A stretch of DNA of 64,000 bases, taken from assembly GCA_964016885.1 (NCBI GenBank), contig CAXHJY010000928.1, positions 744,001 through 808,000 of the forward strand, in the 5' to 3' direction. Source of the stretch: Eledone cirrhosa. Taxonomy: Eukaryota. Positions 23,201 through 38,200 of this stretch are shown here, piece by piece (the stretch's first letter is position 1; each line of letters starts with the position of its first letter). Under the pieces are notes generated by a model, which saw nothing but the letters and a program-made list of their open reading frames with translations, was not told where the DNA came from and ran no database searches. The position numbers and the translations under genes were made by a program.

Positions 23201-26200
23201 AAATTACTGGGAGTCAAATTACTGGTAGATAAATTACTGGGAGTCAAATTACTGGGAGATAAATTACTGGGAGATAAATTACTGGGAGATAAATTACTGG
23301 GAGTCAAATTACTGGGAGATAAATTACTGGGAGATAAATTACTGGGAGTTAAATTATTGGGAGATAAATTACTGGGAGTCAAATTACTGGGAGATAAATT
23401 ACTGGGAGTCAAATTACTGGGAGATAAATTACTGGGAGTCAAATTACTGGGAAATAAATTACTGGGAGTCAAATTACTGCGAGATAAATTACTGGGAGTT
23501 AAATTACTGGGAAATAAATTACTGGGAGGTAAATTACTGGGAGATAAATTACTGGGAGTCAAATTACTGGGAGATAAATTACTGGGAGTTAAATTACTGG
23601 GAGATAAATTACTGGGAGTAAAAATTACTGGGAGATAAATTACTGGCAGTTAAATTACTGGGAGTCAAATTACTGGGAGTCAAACTACTGGGAGATAAAT
23701 TACTGGGTGTTAAATTACTGGGAGTCAAATTATTGGGAGATAAATTACTGGGAGTCAAATTACTGGTAGATAAATTACTGGGAGTTAAATTACTGGGAGA
23801 TAAATTACTGGGAGATAAATTACTGGGAGATAAATTAGTGGGAGTTAAATTACTGGGAGATAAATTGCTGGGAGTTAAATTACTGGGAGATAAATTACTG
23901 GGAGTCAAATTACTGGGAGATAAATTACTGGGAGTCAGATTACTGGGAGTTAAATTACTGGGAAATAAATTACTGGGAGTTAAATTACTGGGAGTTAAAT
24001 TACTGGGAGTCAAATTACTGGGAGATAAATTACTGGGAGTCAAATTACTGGGAGATAAATTACTGGGAGTCAAATTACTGGGAGTTAAATTACTGGGAGA
24101 TAAATTACCGGGAGTTAAATTACTGGGAGTCAAATTACTGGGAGATAAATTACTGGGACTCAAATTACTGGGAGATAAATTACTGGGAGTCAAATTACTG
24201 GGAGATAAATTACTGGGAGTTAAATTACTGGGAGTCAAATTACTGGGAGATAAATTACTGGGAGTCAAACTACTGGGAGATAAATTACTGGGAGATAAAT
24301 TAATGGGAGATAAATTACTGGGAGATAAATTACTGGGATTCAAATTACTGCGAGATAAATTACTGGGAGTCAAATTACTGGGAGATAAATTACTGGGAGT
24401 TAAATTACTGGGAGATAAATTACTGGGAGAGAAATTACTGGGAGTCAAATTACAGGGAGATAAATTACTGGGAGTCAAATTACTGGGAGATATATTACTG
24501 GGAGTTAAATTACTGGGAGATAAATTACTGGGAGTCAAATTACTGCGAGATAAAATACTGGGAGTCAAATTACTGCGAGATAAATTACTGGAAGTTAAAT
24601 TAGTGGGAGATAAATTACTGGGAGATAAATTACTGGGAGTCAAATTACTGGGAGATAAATTACTGGGAGTTAAATTACTGGGAGTCAAATTACTGGGAGT
24701 CAAATTACTGGGAGATAAATTACTGGGTGTTAAATTACTGGGAGATAAGTTACTGGGAATCAAATTACTGGGAGATAAATTACTGGGAGTCAAATTACTG
24801 GGAGTCAAATTACTGGGAGATAAATTACTGGGAGATAAATTACTGGGAGATAAATTACTGGGAGTTAAATTATTGGGAGATAAATTACTGTGAGTCAAAT
24901 TACTGGGAGATAAATTACTGAGAGTCAAATTACTGGGAGTTATATTACTGGGAGTCAAATTATGGGAGTCAAATTACTGGGAGATAAATTACTGGGAGTC
25001 AAATTACTGGGAGATATATTACTGGGAGTCAAATTACTGCGAGATAAATTACTGGGAGTCAAATTACTGCGAGATAAATTACTGGGTGTTAAATTACTGG
25101 GAGTCAAATTATTGGGAGATAAATTACTGGGAGTCAAATTACTGGTAGATAAATTACTGGGAGTTAAATTACTGGGAGATAAATTACTGGGAGATAAATT
25201 ACTGGGAGATAAATTAGTGGGAGTTAAATTACTGGGAGATAAATTGCTGGGAGTTAAATTACTGGGAGATAAATTACTGGGAGTCAAATTACTGGGAGAT
25301 AAATTACTGGGAGTCAGATTACTGGGAGTTAAATTACTGGGAAATAAATTACTGGGAGTTAAATTACTGGGAGTTAAATTACTGGGAGTCAAATTACTGG
25401 GAGATAAATTACTGGGAGTCAAATTACTGGGAGATAAATTACTGGGAGTCAAATTACTGGGAGTTAAATTACTGGGAGATAAATTACTGGGAGTTAAATT
25501 ACTGGGAGTCAAATTACTGGGAGATAAATTACTGGGACTCAAATTACTGGGAGATAAATTACTGGGACTCAAATTAGTGGGAGATAAATTACTGGGAGTC
25601 AAATTACTGGGAGATAAATTACTGGGAGTTAAATTACTGGGAGTCAAATTACTGGGAGATAAATTAATGGGAGTCAAACTACTGGGAGATAAATTACTGG
25701 GAGATAAATTAATGGGAGATAAATTACTGGGAGATAAATTACTGGGAGATAAATTACTGGGATTCAAATTACTGCGAGATAAATTACTGGGAGTCAAATT
25801 ACTGGGAGATAAATTACTGGGAGTTAAATTACTGGGAGATAAATTACTGGGAGAGAAATTACTGGGAGTCAAATTACAGGGAGATAAATTACTGGGAGTC
25901 AAATTACTGGGAGATATATTACTGGGAGTTAAATTACTGGGAGATAAATTACTGGGAGTCAAATTACTGCGAGATAAATTACTGGGAGTCAAATTACTGC
26001 GAGATAAATTACTGGGAGTTAAATTAGTGGGAAATAAATTACTGGGAGGTAAATAACTGGGAGATAAATTACTGGAGTCAAATTACTGGGAGATAAATTA
26101 CTGGGAGTTAAATTACTGGGAGATAAATTACTGGGAGTAAAAATGACTGGGAGATAAATTACTGGGAGTTAAATTACTGGGAGTCAAATTACTGGGAGTC

Positions 26201-29200
26201 AAATTACTGGGAGATAAATTACTGGGTGTTAAATTACTGGGAGATAAATTACTGGGAATCAAATTACTGGGAGATAAATTACTGGGAGTCAAATTACTGG
26301 GAGTCAAATTACTGGGAGATAAATTACTGGGATATAAATTACTGGGAGATAAATTACTGGGAGTTAAATTATTGGGAGATAAATTACTGTGAGTCAAATT
26401 ACTGGGAGATAAATTACTGAGAGTCAAATTACTGAGAGTTATATTACTGGGAGTCAAATTATGGGAGTCAAATTACTGGGAGATAAATTACTGGGAGTCA
26501 AATTACTGGGAGATAAATTACTGGGAGTCAAATTACTGTGAGTTAAATTACTGGGAGATAAATTACTGGGAGTCAAATTACTGGGAGATAAATTACTGGG
26601 AGATAAATTACTGTGGATTAAATTACTGGGAGATAAATTACTGGGAGTTAAATTACTGGGAGATAAATTACTGGGAGTCAAATTACTGTGAGTTAAATTA
26701 CTGGGAGATAAATTACTGGGAGTCAATTACTGGGAGATAAATTACTGGGAGATAAATTACTGTGGATTAAATTACTGGGAGTTAAATTACTGGGAGATAA
26801 ATTACTGGGAGATAAATTACTGGGAGTTAAATTACTGGGAGATAAATTACTGGGAGTTAAATTACTGGGAGATAAATTACTGGGAGTTAAATTACTGGGA
26901 GATAAATTACTGGGAGTCAAATTACTGGGAGATAAATTACTGGGAGTCAAATTACTGGGAAATAAATTACTGGGAGTCAAATTACTGCGAGATAAATTAC
27001 TGGGAGTTAAATTACTGGGAAATAAATTACTGGGAGGTAAATTACTGGGAGATAAATTACTGGGAGTCAAATTACTGGGAGATAAATTACTGGGAGTTAA
27101 ATTACTGGGAGATAAATTACTGGGAGTAAAAATTACTGGGAGATAAATTACTGGCAGTTAAATTACTGGGAGTCAAATTACTGGGAGTCAAATTACTGGG
27201 AGATAAATTACTGGGTGTTAAATTACTGGGAGTCAAATTATTGGGAGATAAATTACTGGGAGTCAAATTACTGGTAGATAAATTACTGGGAGTTAAATTA
27301 CTGGGAGATAAATTACTGGGAGATAAATTACTGGGAGATAAATTAGTGGGAGTTAAATTACTGGGAGATAAATTGCTGGGAGTTAAATTACTGGGAGATA
27401 AATTACTGGGAGTCAAATTACTGGGAGATAAATTACTGGGAGTCAGATTACTGGGAGTTAAATTACTGGGAAATAAATTACTGGGAGTTAAATTACTGGG
27501 AGTTAAATTACTGGGAGTCAAATTACTGGGAGATAAATTACTGGGAGTCAAATTACTGGGAGATAAATTACTGGGAGTCAAATTACTGGGAGTTAAATTA
27601 CTGGGAGATAAATTACTGGGAGTTAAATTACTGGGAGTCAAATTACTGGGAGATAAATTACTGGGACTCAAATTACTGGGAGATAAATTACTGGGACTCA
27701 AATTAGTGGGAGATAAATTACTGGGAGTCAAATTACTGGGAGATAAATTACTGGGAGTTAAATTACTGGGAGTCAAATTACTGGGAGATAAATTACTGGG
27801 AGTCAAACTACTGGGAGATAAATTACTGGGAGATAAATTAATGGGAGATAAATTACTGGGAGATAAATTACTGGGAGATAAATTACTGGGATTCAAATTA
27901 CTGCGAGATAAATTACTGGGAGTCAAATTACTGGGAGATAAATTACTGGGAGTTAAATTACTGGGAGATAAATTACTGGGAGAGAAATTACTGGGAGTCA
28001 AATTACAGGGAGATAAATTACTGGGAGTCAAATTACTGGGAGATATATTACTGGGAGTTAAATTACTGGGAGATAAATTACTGGGAGTCAAATTACTGCG
28101 AGATAAATTACTGGGAGTCAAATTACTGCGAGATAAATTACTGGGAGTTAAATTAGTGGGAAATAAATTACTGGGAGGTAAATTACTGGGAGATAAATTA
28201 CTGGAGTCAAATTACTGGGAGATAAATTACTGGGAGTTAAATTACTGGGAGATAAATTACTGGGAGTAAAAATTACTGGGAGATAAATTACTGGGAGTTA
28301 AATTACTGGGAGTCAAATTACTGGGAGTCAAATTACTGGGAGATAAATTACTGGGTGTTAAATTACTGGGAGATAAATTACTGGGAATCAAATTACTAGG
28401 AGATAAATTACTGGGAGTCAAATTACTGGGAGTCAAATTACTGGGAGATAAATTACTGGGAGATAAATTACTGGGAGATAAATTACTGGGAGTTAAATTA
28501 TTGGGAGATAAATTACTGTGAGTCAAATTACTGGGAGATAAATTACTGAGAGTCAAATTACTGGGAGTTATATTACTGGGAGTCAAATTATGGGAGTCAA
28601 ATTACTGGGAGATAAATTACTGGGAGTCAAATTACTGGGAGATATATTACTGGGAGTCAAATTACTGCGAGATAAATTACTGGGAGTCAAATTACTGCGA
28701 GATAAATTACTGGGAGTTAATTACTGGGAGTTAAATTACTGGGAGATAAATTGCTGGGAGTTAAATTACTGGGAGATAAATTACTGGGAGATAAATTACT
28801 GGGAGATAAATTACTGGGAGTTAAATTATTGGGAGATAAATTACTGTGAGTCAAATTACTGGGAGATAAATTACTGGGAGTCAAATTACTGGGAGATAAA
28901 TTACTGGGAGTCAAATTACTGGGAGATATATTACTGGGAGTCAAATTACTGCGAGATAAATTACTGGGAGTCAAATTACTGCGAGATAAATTACTGGGAG
29001 TCAAATTACTGGTAGATAAATTACTGGGAGTCAAATTACTGGGAGATAAATTACTGGGAGATAAATTACTGGGAGATAAATTACTGGGAGTCAAATTACT
29101 GGGAGATAAATTACTGGGAGATAAATTACTGGGAGTTAAATTATTGGGAGATAAATTACTGGGAGTCAAATTACTGGGAGATAAATTACTGGGAGTCAAA

Positions 29201-32200
29201 TTACTGGGAGATAAATTACTGGGAGTCAAATTACTGGGAAATAAATTACTGGGAGTCAAATTACTGCGAGATAAATTACTGGGAGTTAAATTACTGGGAA
29301 ATAAATTACTGGGAGGTAAATTACTGGGAGATAAATTACTGGGAGTCAAATTACTGGGAGATAAATTACTGGGAGTTAAATTACTGGGAGATAAATTACT
29401 GGGAGTAAAAATTACTGGGAGATAAATTACTGGCAGTTAAATTACTGGGAGTCAAATTACTGGGAGTCAAACTACTGGGAGATAAATTACTGGGTGTTAA
29501 ATTACTGGGAGTCAAATTATTGGGAGATAAATTACTGGGAGTCAAATTACTGGTAGATAAATTACTGGGAGTTAAATTACTGGGAGATAAATTACTGGGA
29601 GATAAACTACTGGGAGATAAATTAGTGGGAGTTAAATTACTGGGAGATAAATTGCTGGGAGTTAAATTATTGGGAGATAAATTACTGTGAGTCAAATTAC
29701 TGGGAGATAAATTACTGAGAGTCAAATTACTGGGAGTTATATTACTGGGAGTCAAATTATGGGAGTCAAATTACTGGGAGATAAATTACTGGGAGTCAAA
29801 TTACTGGGAGATATATTACTGGGAGTCAAATTACTGCGAGATAAATTACTGGGAGTCAAATTACTGCGAGATAAATTACTGGGAGTTAATTACTGGGAGT
29901 TAAATTACTGGGAGATAAATTGCTGGGAGTTAAATTACTGGGAGATAAATTACTGGGAGATAAATTACTGGGAGATAAATTACTGGGAGTTAAATTATTG
30001 GGAGATAAATTACTGTGAGTCAAATTACTGGGAGATAAATTACTGGGAGTCAAATTACTGGGAGATAAATTACTGGGAGTCAAATTACTGGGAGATATAT
30101 TACTGGGAGTCAAATTACTGCGAGATAAATTACTGGGAGTCAAATTACTGCGAGATAAATTACTGGGAGTCAAATTACTGGTAGATAAATTACTGGGAGT
30201 CAAATTACTGGGAGATAAATTACTGGGAGATAAATTACTGGGAGATAAATTACTGGGAGTCAAATTACTGGGAGATAAATTACTGGGAGATAAATTACTG
30301 GGAGTTAAATTATTGGGAGATAAATTACTGGGAGTCAAATTACTGGGAGATAAATTACTGGGAGTCAAATTACTGGGAGATAAATTACTGGGAGTCAAAT
30401 TACTGGGAAATAAATTACTGGGAGTCAAATTACTGCGAGATAAATTACTGGGAGTTAAATTACTGGGAAATAAATTACTGGGAGGTAAATTACTGGGAGA
30501 TAAATTACTGGGAGTCAAATTACTGGGAGATAAATTACTGGGAGTTAAATTACTGGGAGATAAATTACTGGGAGTAAAAATTACTGGGAGATAAATTACT
30601 GGCAGTTAAATTACTGGGAGTCAAATTACTGGGAGTCAAACTACTGGGAGATAAATTACTGGGTGTTAAATTACTGGGAGTCAAATTATTGGGAGATAAA
30701 TTACTGGGAGTCAAATTACTGGTAGATAAATTACTGGGAGTTAAATTACTGGGAGATAAATTACTGGGAGATAAATTACTGGGAGATAAATTAGTGGGAG
30801 TTAAATTACTGGGAGATAAATTGCTGGGAGTTAAATTACTGGGAGATAAATTACTGGGAGTCAAATTACTGGGAGATAAATTACTGGGAGTCAGATTACT
30901 GGGAGTTAAATTACTGGGAAATAAATTACTGGGAGTTAAATTACTGGGAGTTAAATTACTGGGAGTCAAATTACTGGGAGATAAATTACTGGGAGTCAAA
31001 TTACTGGGAGATAAATTACTGGGAGTCAAATTACTGGGAGTTAAATTACTGGGAGATAAATTACCGGGAGTTAAATTACTGGGAGTCAAATTACTGGGAG
31101 ATAAATTACTGGGACTCAAATTACTGGGAGATAAATTACTGGGAGTCAAATTACTGGGAGATAAATTACTGGGAGTTAAATTACTGGGAGTCAAATTACT
31201 GGGAGATAAATTACTGGGAGTCAAACTACTGGGAGATAAATTACTGGGAGATAAATTAATGGGAGATAAATTACTGGGAGATAAATTACTGGGATTCAAA
31301 TTACTGCGAGATAAATTACTGGGAGTCAAATTACTGGGAGATAAATTACTGGGAGTTAAATTACTGGGAGATAAATTACTGGGAGAGAAATTACTGGGAG
31401 TCAAATTACAGGGAGATAAATTACTGGGAGTCAAATTACTGGGAGATATATTACTGGGAGTTAAATTACTGGGAGATAAATTACTGGGAGTCAAATTACT
31501 GCGAGATAAAATACTGGGAGTCAAATTACTGCGAGATAAATTACTGGAAGTTAAATTAGTGGGAGATAAATTACTGGGAGATAAATTACTGGGAGTCAAA
31601 TTACTGGGAGATAAATTACTGGGAGTTAAATTACTGGGAGTCAAATTACTGGGAGTCAAATTACTGGGAGATAAATTACTGGGTGTTAAATTACTGGGAG
31701 ATAAATTACTGGGAATCAAATTACTGGGAGATAAATTACTGGGAGTCAAATTACTGGGAGTCAAATTACTGGGAGATAAATTACTGGGAGATAAATTACT
31801 GGGAGATAAATTACTGGGAGTTAAATTATTGGGAGATAAATTACTGTGAGTCAAATTACTGGGAGATAAATTACTGAGAGTCAAATTACTGGGAGTTATA
31901 TTACTGGGAGTCAAATTATGGGAGTCAAATTACTGGGAGATAAATTACTGGGAGTCAAATTACTGGGAGATATATTACTGGGAGTCAAATTACTGCGAGA
32001 TAAATTACTGGGAGTCAAATTACTGCGAGATAAATTACTGGGTGTTAAATTACTGGGAGTCAAATTATTGGGAGATAAATTACTGGGAGTCAAATTACTG
32101 GTAGATAAATTACTGGGAGTTAAATTACTGGGAGATAAATTACTGGGAGATAAATTACTGGGAGATAAATTAGTGGGAGTTAAATTACTGGGAGATAAAT

Positions 32201-35200
32201 TGCTGGGAGTTAAATTACTGGGAGATAAATTACTGGGAGTCAAATTACTGGGAGATAAATTACTGGGAGTCAGATTACTGGGAGTTAAATTACTGGGAAA
32301 TAAATTACTGGGAGTTAAATTACTGGGAGTTAAATTACTGGGAGTCAAATTACTGGGAGATAAATTACTGGGAGTCAAATTACTGGGAGATAAATTACTG
32401 GGAGTCAAATTACTGGGAGTTAAATTACTGGGAGATAAATTACTGGGAGTTAAATTACTGGGAGTCAAATTACTGGGAGATAAATTACTGGGACTCAAAT
32501 TACTGGGAGATAAATTACTGGGACTCAAATTAGTGGGAGATAAATTACTGGGAGTCAAATTACTGGGAGATAAATTACTGGGAGTTAAATTACTGGGAGT
32601 CAAATTACTGGGAGATAAATTACTGGGAGTCAAACTACTGGGAGATAAATTACTGGGAGATAAATTAATGGGAGATAAATTACTGGGAGATAAATTACTG
32701 GGAGATAAATTACTGGGATTCAAATTACTGCGAGATAAATTACTGGGAGTCAAATTACTGGGAGATAAATTACTGGGAGTTAAATTACTGGGAGATAAAT
32801 TACTGGGAGAGAAATTACTGGGAGTCAAATTACAGGGAGATAAATTACTGGGAGTCAAATTACTGGGAGATATATTACTGGGAGTTAAATTACTGGGAGA
32901 TAAATTACTGGGAGTCAAATTACTGCGAGATAAATTACTGGGAGTCAAATTACTGCGAGATAAATTACTGGGAGTTAAATTAGTGGGAAATAAATTACTG
33001 GGAGGTAAATAACTGGGAGATAAATTACTGGAGTCAAATTACTGGGAGATAAATTACTGGGAGTTAAATTACTGGGAGATAAATTACTGGGAGTAAAAAT
33101 GACTGGGAGATAAATTACTGGGAGTTAAATTACTGGGAGTCAAATTACTGGGAGTCAAATTACTGGGAGATAAATTACTGGGTGTTAAATTACTGGGAGA
33201 TAAATTACTGGGAATCAAATTACTGGGAGATAAATTACTGGGAGTCAAATTACTGGGAGTCAAATTACTGGGAGATAAATTACTGGGATATAAATTACTG
33301 GGAGATAAATTACTGGGAGTTAAATTATTGGGAGATAAATTACTGTGAGTCAAATTACTGGGAGATAAATTACTGAGAGTCAAATTACTGGGAGTTATAT
33401 TACTGGGAGTCAAATTATGGGAGTCAAATTACTGGGAGATAAATTACTGGGAGTCAAATTACTGGGAGATAAATTACTGGGAGTCAAATTACTGTGAGTT
33501 AAATTACTGGGAGATAAATTACTGGGAGTCAAATTACTGGGAGATAAATTACTGGGAGATAAATTACTGTGGATTAAATTACTGGGAGATAAATTACTGG
33601 GAGTTAAATTACTGGGAGATAAATTACTGGGAGTCAAATTACTGTGAGTTAAATTACTGGGAGATAAATTACTGGGAGTCAATTACTGGGAGATAAATTA
33701 CTGGGAGATAAATTACTGTGGATTAAATTACTGGGAGTTAAATTACTGGGAGATAAATTACTGGGAGATAAATTACTGGGAGTTAAATTACTGGGAGATA
33801 AATTACTGGGAGTTAAATTACTGGGAGATAAATTACTGGGAGTTAAATTACTGGGAGATAAATTACTGGGAGTCAAATTACTGGGAGATAAATTACTGGG
33901 AGTCAAATTACTGGGAAATAAATTACTGGGAGTCAAATTACTGCGAGATAAATTACTGGGAGTTAAATTACTGGGAAATAAATTACTGGGAGGTAAATTA
34001 CTGGGAGATAAATTACTGGGAGTCAAATTACTGGGAGATAAATTACTGGGAGTTAAATTACTGGGAGATAAATTACTGGGAGTAAAAATTACTGGGAGAT
34101 AAATTACTGGCAGTTAAATTACTGGGAGTCAAATTACTGGGAGTCAAATTACTGGGAGATAAATTACTGGGTGTTAAATTACTGGGAGTCAAATTATTGG
34201 GAGATAAATTACTGGGAGTCAAATTACTGGTAGATAAATTACTGGGAGTTAAATTACTGGGAGATAAATTACTGGGAGATAAATTACTGGGAGATAAATT
34301 AGTGGGAGTTAAATTACTGGGAGATAAATTGCTGGGAGTTAAATTACTGGGAGATAAATTACTGGGAGTCAAATTACTGGGAGATAAATTACTGGGAGTC
34401 AGATTACTGGGAGTTAAATTACTGGGAAATAAATTACTGGGAGTTAAATTACTGGGAGTTAAATTACTGGGAGTCAAATTACTGGGAGATAAATTACTGG
34501 GAGTCAAATTACTGGGAGATAAATTACTGGGAGTCAAATTACTGGGAGTTAAATTACTGGGAGATAAATTACTGGGAGTTAAATTACTGGGAGTCAAATT
34601 ACTGGGAGATAAATTACTGGGACTCAAATTACTGGGAGATAAATTACTGGGACTCAAATTAGTGGGAGATAAATTACTGGGAGTCAAATTACTGGGAGAT
34701 AAATTACTGGGAGTTAAATTACTGGGAGTCAAATTACTGGGAGATAAATTACTGGGAGTCAAACTACTGGGAGATAAATTACTGGGAGATAAATTAATGG
34801 GAGATAAATTACTGGGAGATAAATTACTGGGAGATAAATTACTGGGATTCAAATTACTGCGAGATAAATTACTGGGAGTCAAATTACTGGGAGATAAATT
34901 ACTGGGAGTTAAATTACTGGGAGATAAATTACTGGGAGAGAAATTACTGGGAGTCAAATTACAGGGAGATAAATTACTGGGAGTCAAATTACTGGGAGAT
35001 ATATTACTGGGAGTTAAATTACTGGGAGATAAATTACTGGGAGTCAAATTACTGCGAGATAAATTACTGGGAGTCAAATTACTGCGAGATAAATTACTGG
35101 GAGTTAAATTAGTGGGAAATAAATTACTGGGAGGTAAATTACTGGGAGATAAATTACTGGAGTCAAATTACTGGGAGATAAATTACTGGGAGTTAAATTA

Positions 35201-38200
35201 CTGGGAGATAAATTACTGGGAGTAAAAATTACTGGGAGATAAATTACTGGGAGTTAAATTACTGGGAGTCAAATTACTGGGAGTCAAATTACTGGGAGAT
35301 AAATTACTGGGTGTTAAATTACTGGGAGATAAATTACTGGGAATCAAATTACTAGGAGATAAATTACTGGGAGTCAAATTACTGGGAGTCAAATTACTGG
35401 GAGATAAATTACTGGGAGATAAATTACTGGGAGATAAATTACTGGGAGTTAAATTATTGGGAGATAAATTACTGTGAGTCAAATTACTGGGAGATAAATT
35501 ACTGAGAGTCAAATTACTGGGAGTTATATTACTGGGAGTCAAATTATGGGAGTCAAATTACTGGGAGATAAATTACTGGGAGTCAAATTACTGGGAGATA
35601 TATTACTGGGAGTCAAATTACTGCGAGATAAATTACTGGGAGTCAAATTACTGCGAGATAAATTACTGGGAGTTAATTACTGGGAGTTAAATTACTGGGA
35701 GATAAATTGCTGGGAGTTAAATTACTGGGAGATAAATTACTGGGAGATAAATTACTGGGAGATAAATTACTGGGAGTTAAATTATTGGGAGATAAATTAC
35801 TGTGAGTCAAATTACTGGGAGATAAATTACTGGGAGTCAAATTACTGGGAGATAAATTACTGGGAGTCAAATTACTGGGAGATATATTACTGGGAGTCAA
35901 ATTACTGCGAGATAAATTACTGGGAGTCAAATTACTGCGAGATAAATTACTGGGAGTCAAATTACTGGTAGATAAATTACTGGGAGTCAAATTACTGGGA
36001 GATAAATTACTGGGAGATAAATTACTGGGAGATAAATTACTGGGAGTCAAATTACTGGGAGATAAATTACTGGGAGATAAATTACTGGGAGTTAAATTAT
36101 TGGGAGATAAATTACTGGGAGTCAAATTACTGGGAGATAAATTACTGGGAGTCAAATTACTGGGAGATAAATTACTGGGAGTCAAATTACTGGGAAATAA
36201 ATTACTGGGAGTCAAATTACTGCGAGATAAATTACTGGGAGTTAAATTACTGGGAAATAAATTACTGGGAGGTAAATTACTGGGAGATAAATTACTGGGA
36301 GTCAAATTACTGGGAGATAAATTACTGGGAGTTAAATTACTGGGAGATAAATTACTGGGAGTAAAAATTACTGGGAGATAAATTACTGGCAGTTAAATTA
36401 CTGGGAGTCAAATTACTGGGAGTCAAACTACTGGGAGATAAATTACTGGGTGTTAAATTACTGGGAGTCAAATTATTGGGAGATAAATTACTGGGAGTCA
36501 AATTACTGGTAGATAAATTACTGGGAGTTAAATTACTGGGAGATAAATTACTGGGAGATAAACTACTGGGAGATAAATTAGTGGGAGTTAAATTACTGGG
36601 AGATAAATTGCTGGGAGTTAAATTATTGGGAGATAAATTACTGTGAGTCAAATTACTGGGAGATAAATTACTGAGAGTCAAATTACTGGGAGTTATATTA
36701 CTGGGAGTCAAATTATGGGAGTCAAATTACTGGGAGATAAATTACTGGGAGTCAAATTACTGGGAGATATATTACTGGGAGTCAAATTACTGCGAGATAA
36801 ATTACTGGGAGTCAAATTACTGCGAGATAAATTACTGGGAGTTAATTACTGGGAGTTAAATTACTGGGAGATAAATTGCTGGGAGTTAAATTACTGGGAG
36901 ATAAATTACTGGGAGATAAATTACTGGGAGATAAATTACTGGGAGTTAAATTATTGGGAGATAAATTACTGTGAGTCAAATTACTGGGAGATAAATTACT
37001 GGGAGTCAAATTACTGGGAGATAAATTACTGGGAGTCAAATTACTGGGAGATATATTACTGGGAGTCAAATTACTGCGAGATAAATTACTGGGAGTCAAA
37101 TTACTGCGAGATAAATTACTGGGAGTCAAATTACTGGTAGATAAATTACTGGGAGTCAAATTACTGGGAGATAAATTACTGGGAGATAAATTACTGGGAG
37201 ATAAATTACTGGGAGATAAATTACTGGGAGTCAAATTACTGGGAGATAAATTACTGGGAGATAAATTACTGGGAGTTAAATTATTGGGAGATAAATTACT
37301 GGGAGTCAAATTACTGGGAGATAAATTACTGGGAGTCAAATTACTGGGAGATAAATTACTGGGAGTCAAATTACTGGGAAATAAATTACTGGGAGTCAAA
37401 TTACTGCGAGATAAATTACTGGGAGTTAAATTACTGGGAAATAAATTACTGGGAGGTAAATTACTGGGAGATAAATTACTGGGAGTCAAATTACTGGGAG
37501 ATAAATTACTGGGAGTTAAATTACTGGGAGATAAATTACTGGGAGTAAAAATTACTGGGAGATAAATTACTGGCAGTTAAATTACTGGGAGTCAAATTAC
37601 TGGGAGTCAAACTACTGGGAGATAAATTACTGGGTGTTAAATTACTGGGAGTCAAATTATTGGGAGATAAATTACTGGGAGTCAAATTACTGGTAGATAA
37701 ATTACTGGGAGTTAAATTACTGGGAGATAAATTACTGGGAGATAAATTACTGGGAGATAAATTAGTGGGAGTTAAATTACTGGGAGATAAATTGCTGGGA
37801 GTTAAATTACTGGGAGATAAATTACTGGGAGTCAAATTACTGGGAGATAAATTACTGGGAGTCAGATTACTGGGAGTTAAATTACTGGGAAATAAATTAC
37901 TGGGAGTTAAATTACTGGGAGTTAAATTACTGGGAGTCAAATTACTGGGAGATAAATTACTGGGAGTCAAATTACTGGGAGATAAATTACTGGGAGTCAA
38001 ATTACTGGGAGTTAAATTACTGGGAGATAAATTACCGGGAGTTAAATTACTGGGAGTCAAATTACTGGGAGATAAATTACTGGGACTCAAATTACTGGGA
38101 GATAAATTACTGGGAGTCAAATTACTGGGAGATAAATTACTGGGAGTTAAATTACTGGGAGTCAAATTACTGGGAGATAAATTACTGGGAGTCAAACTAC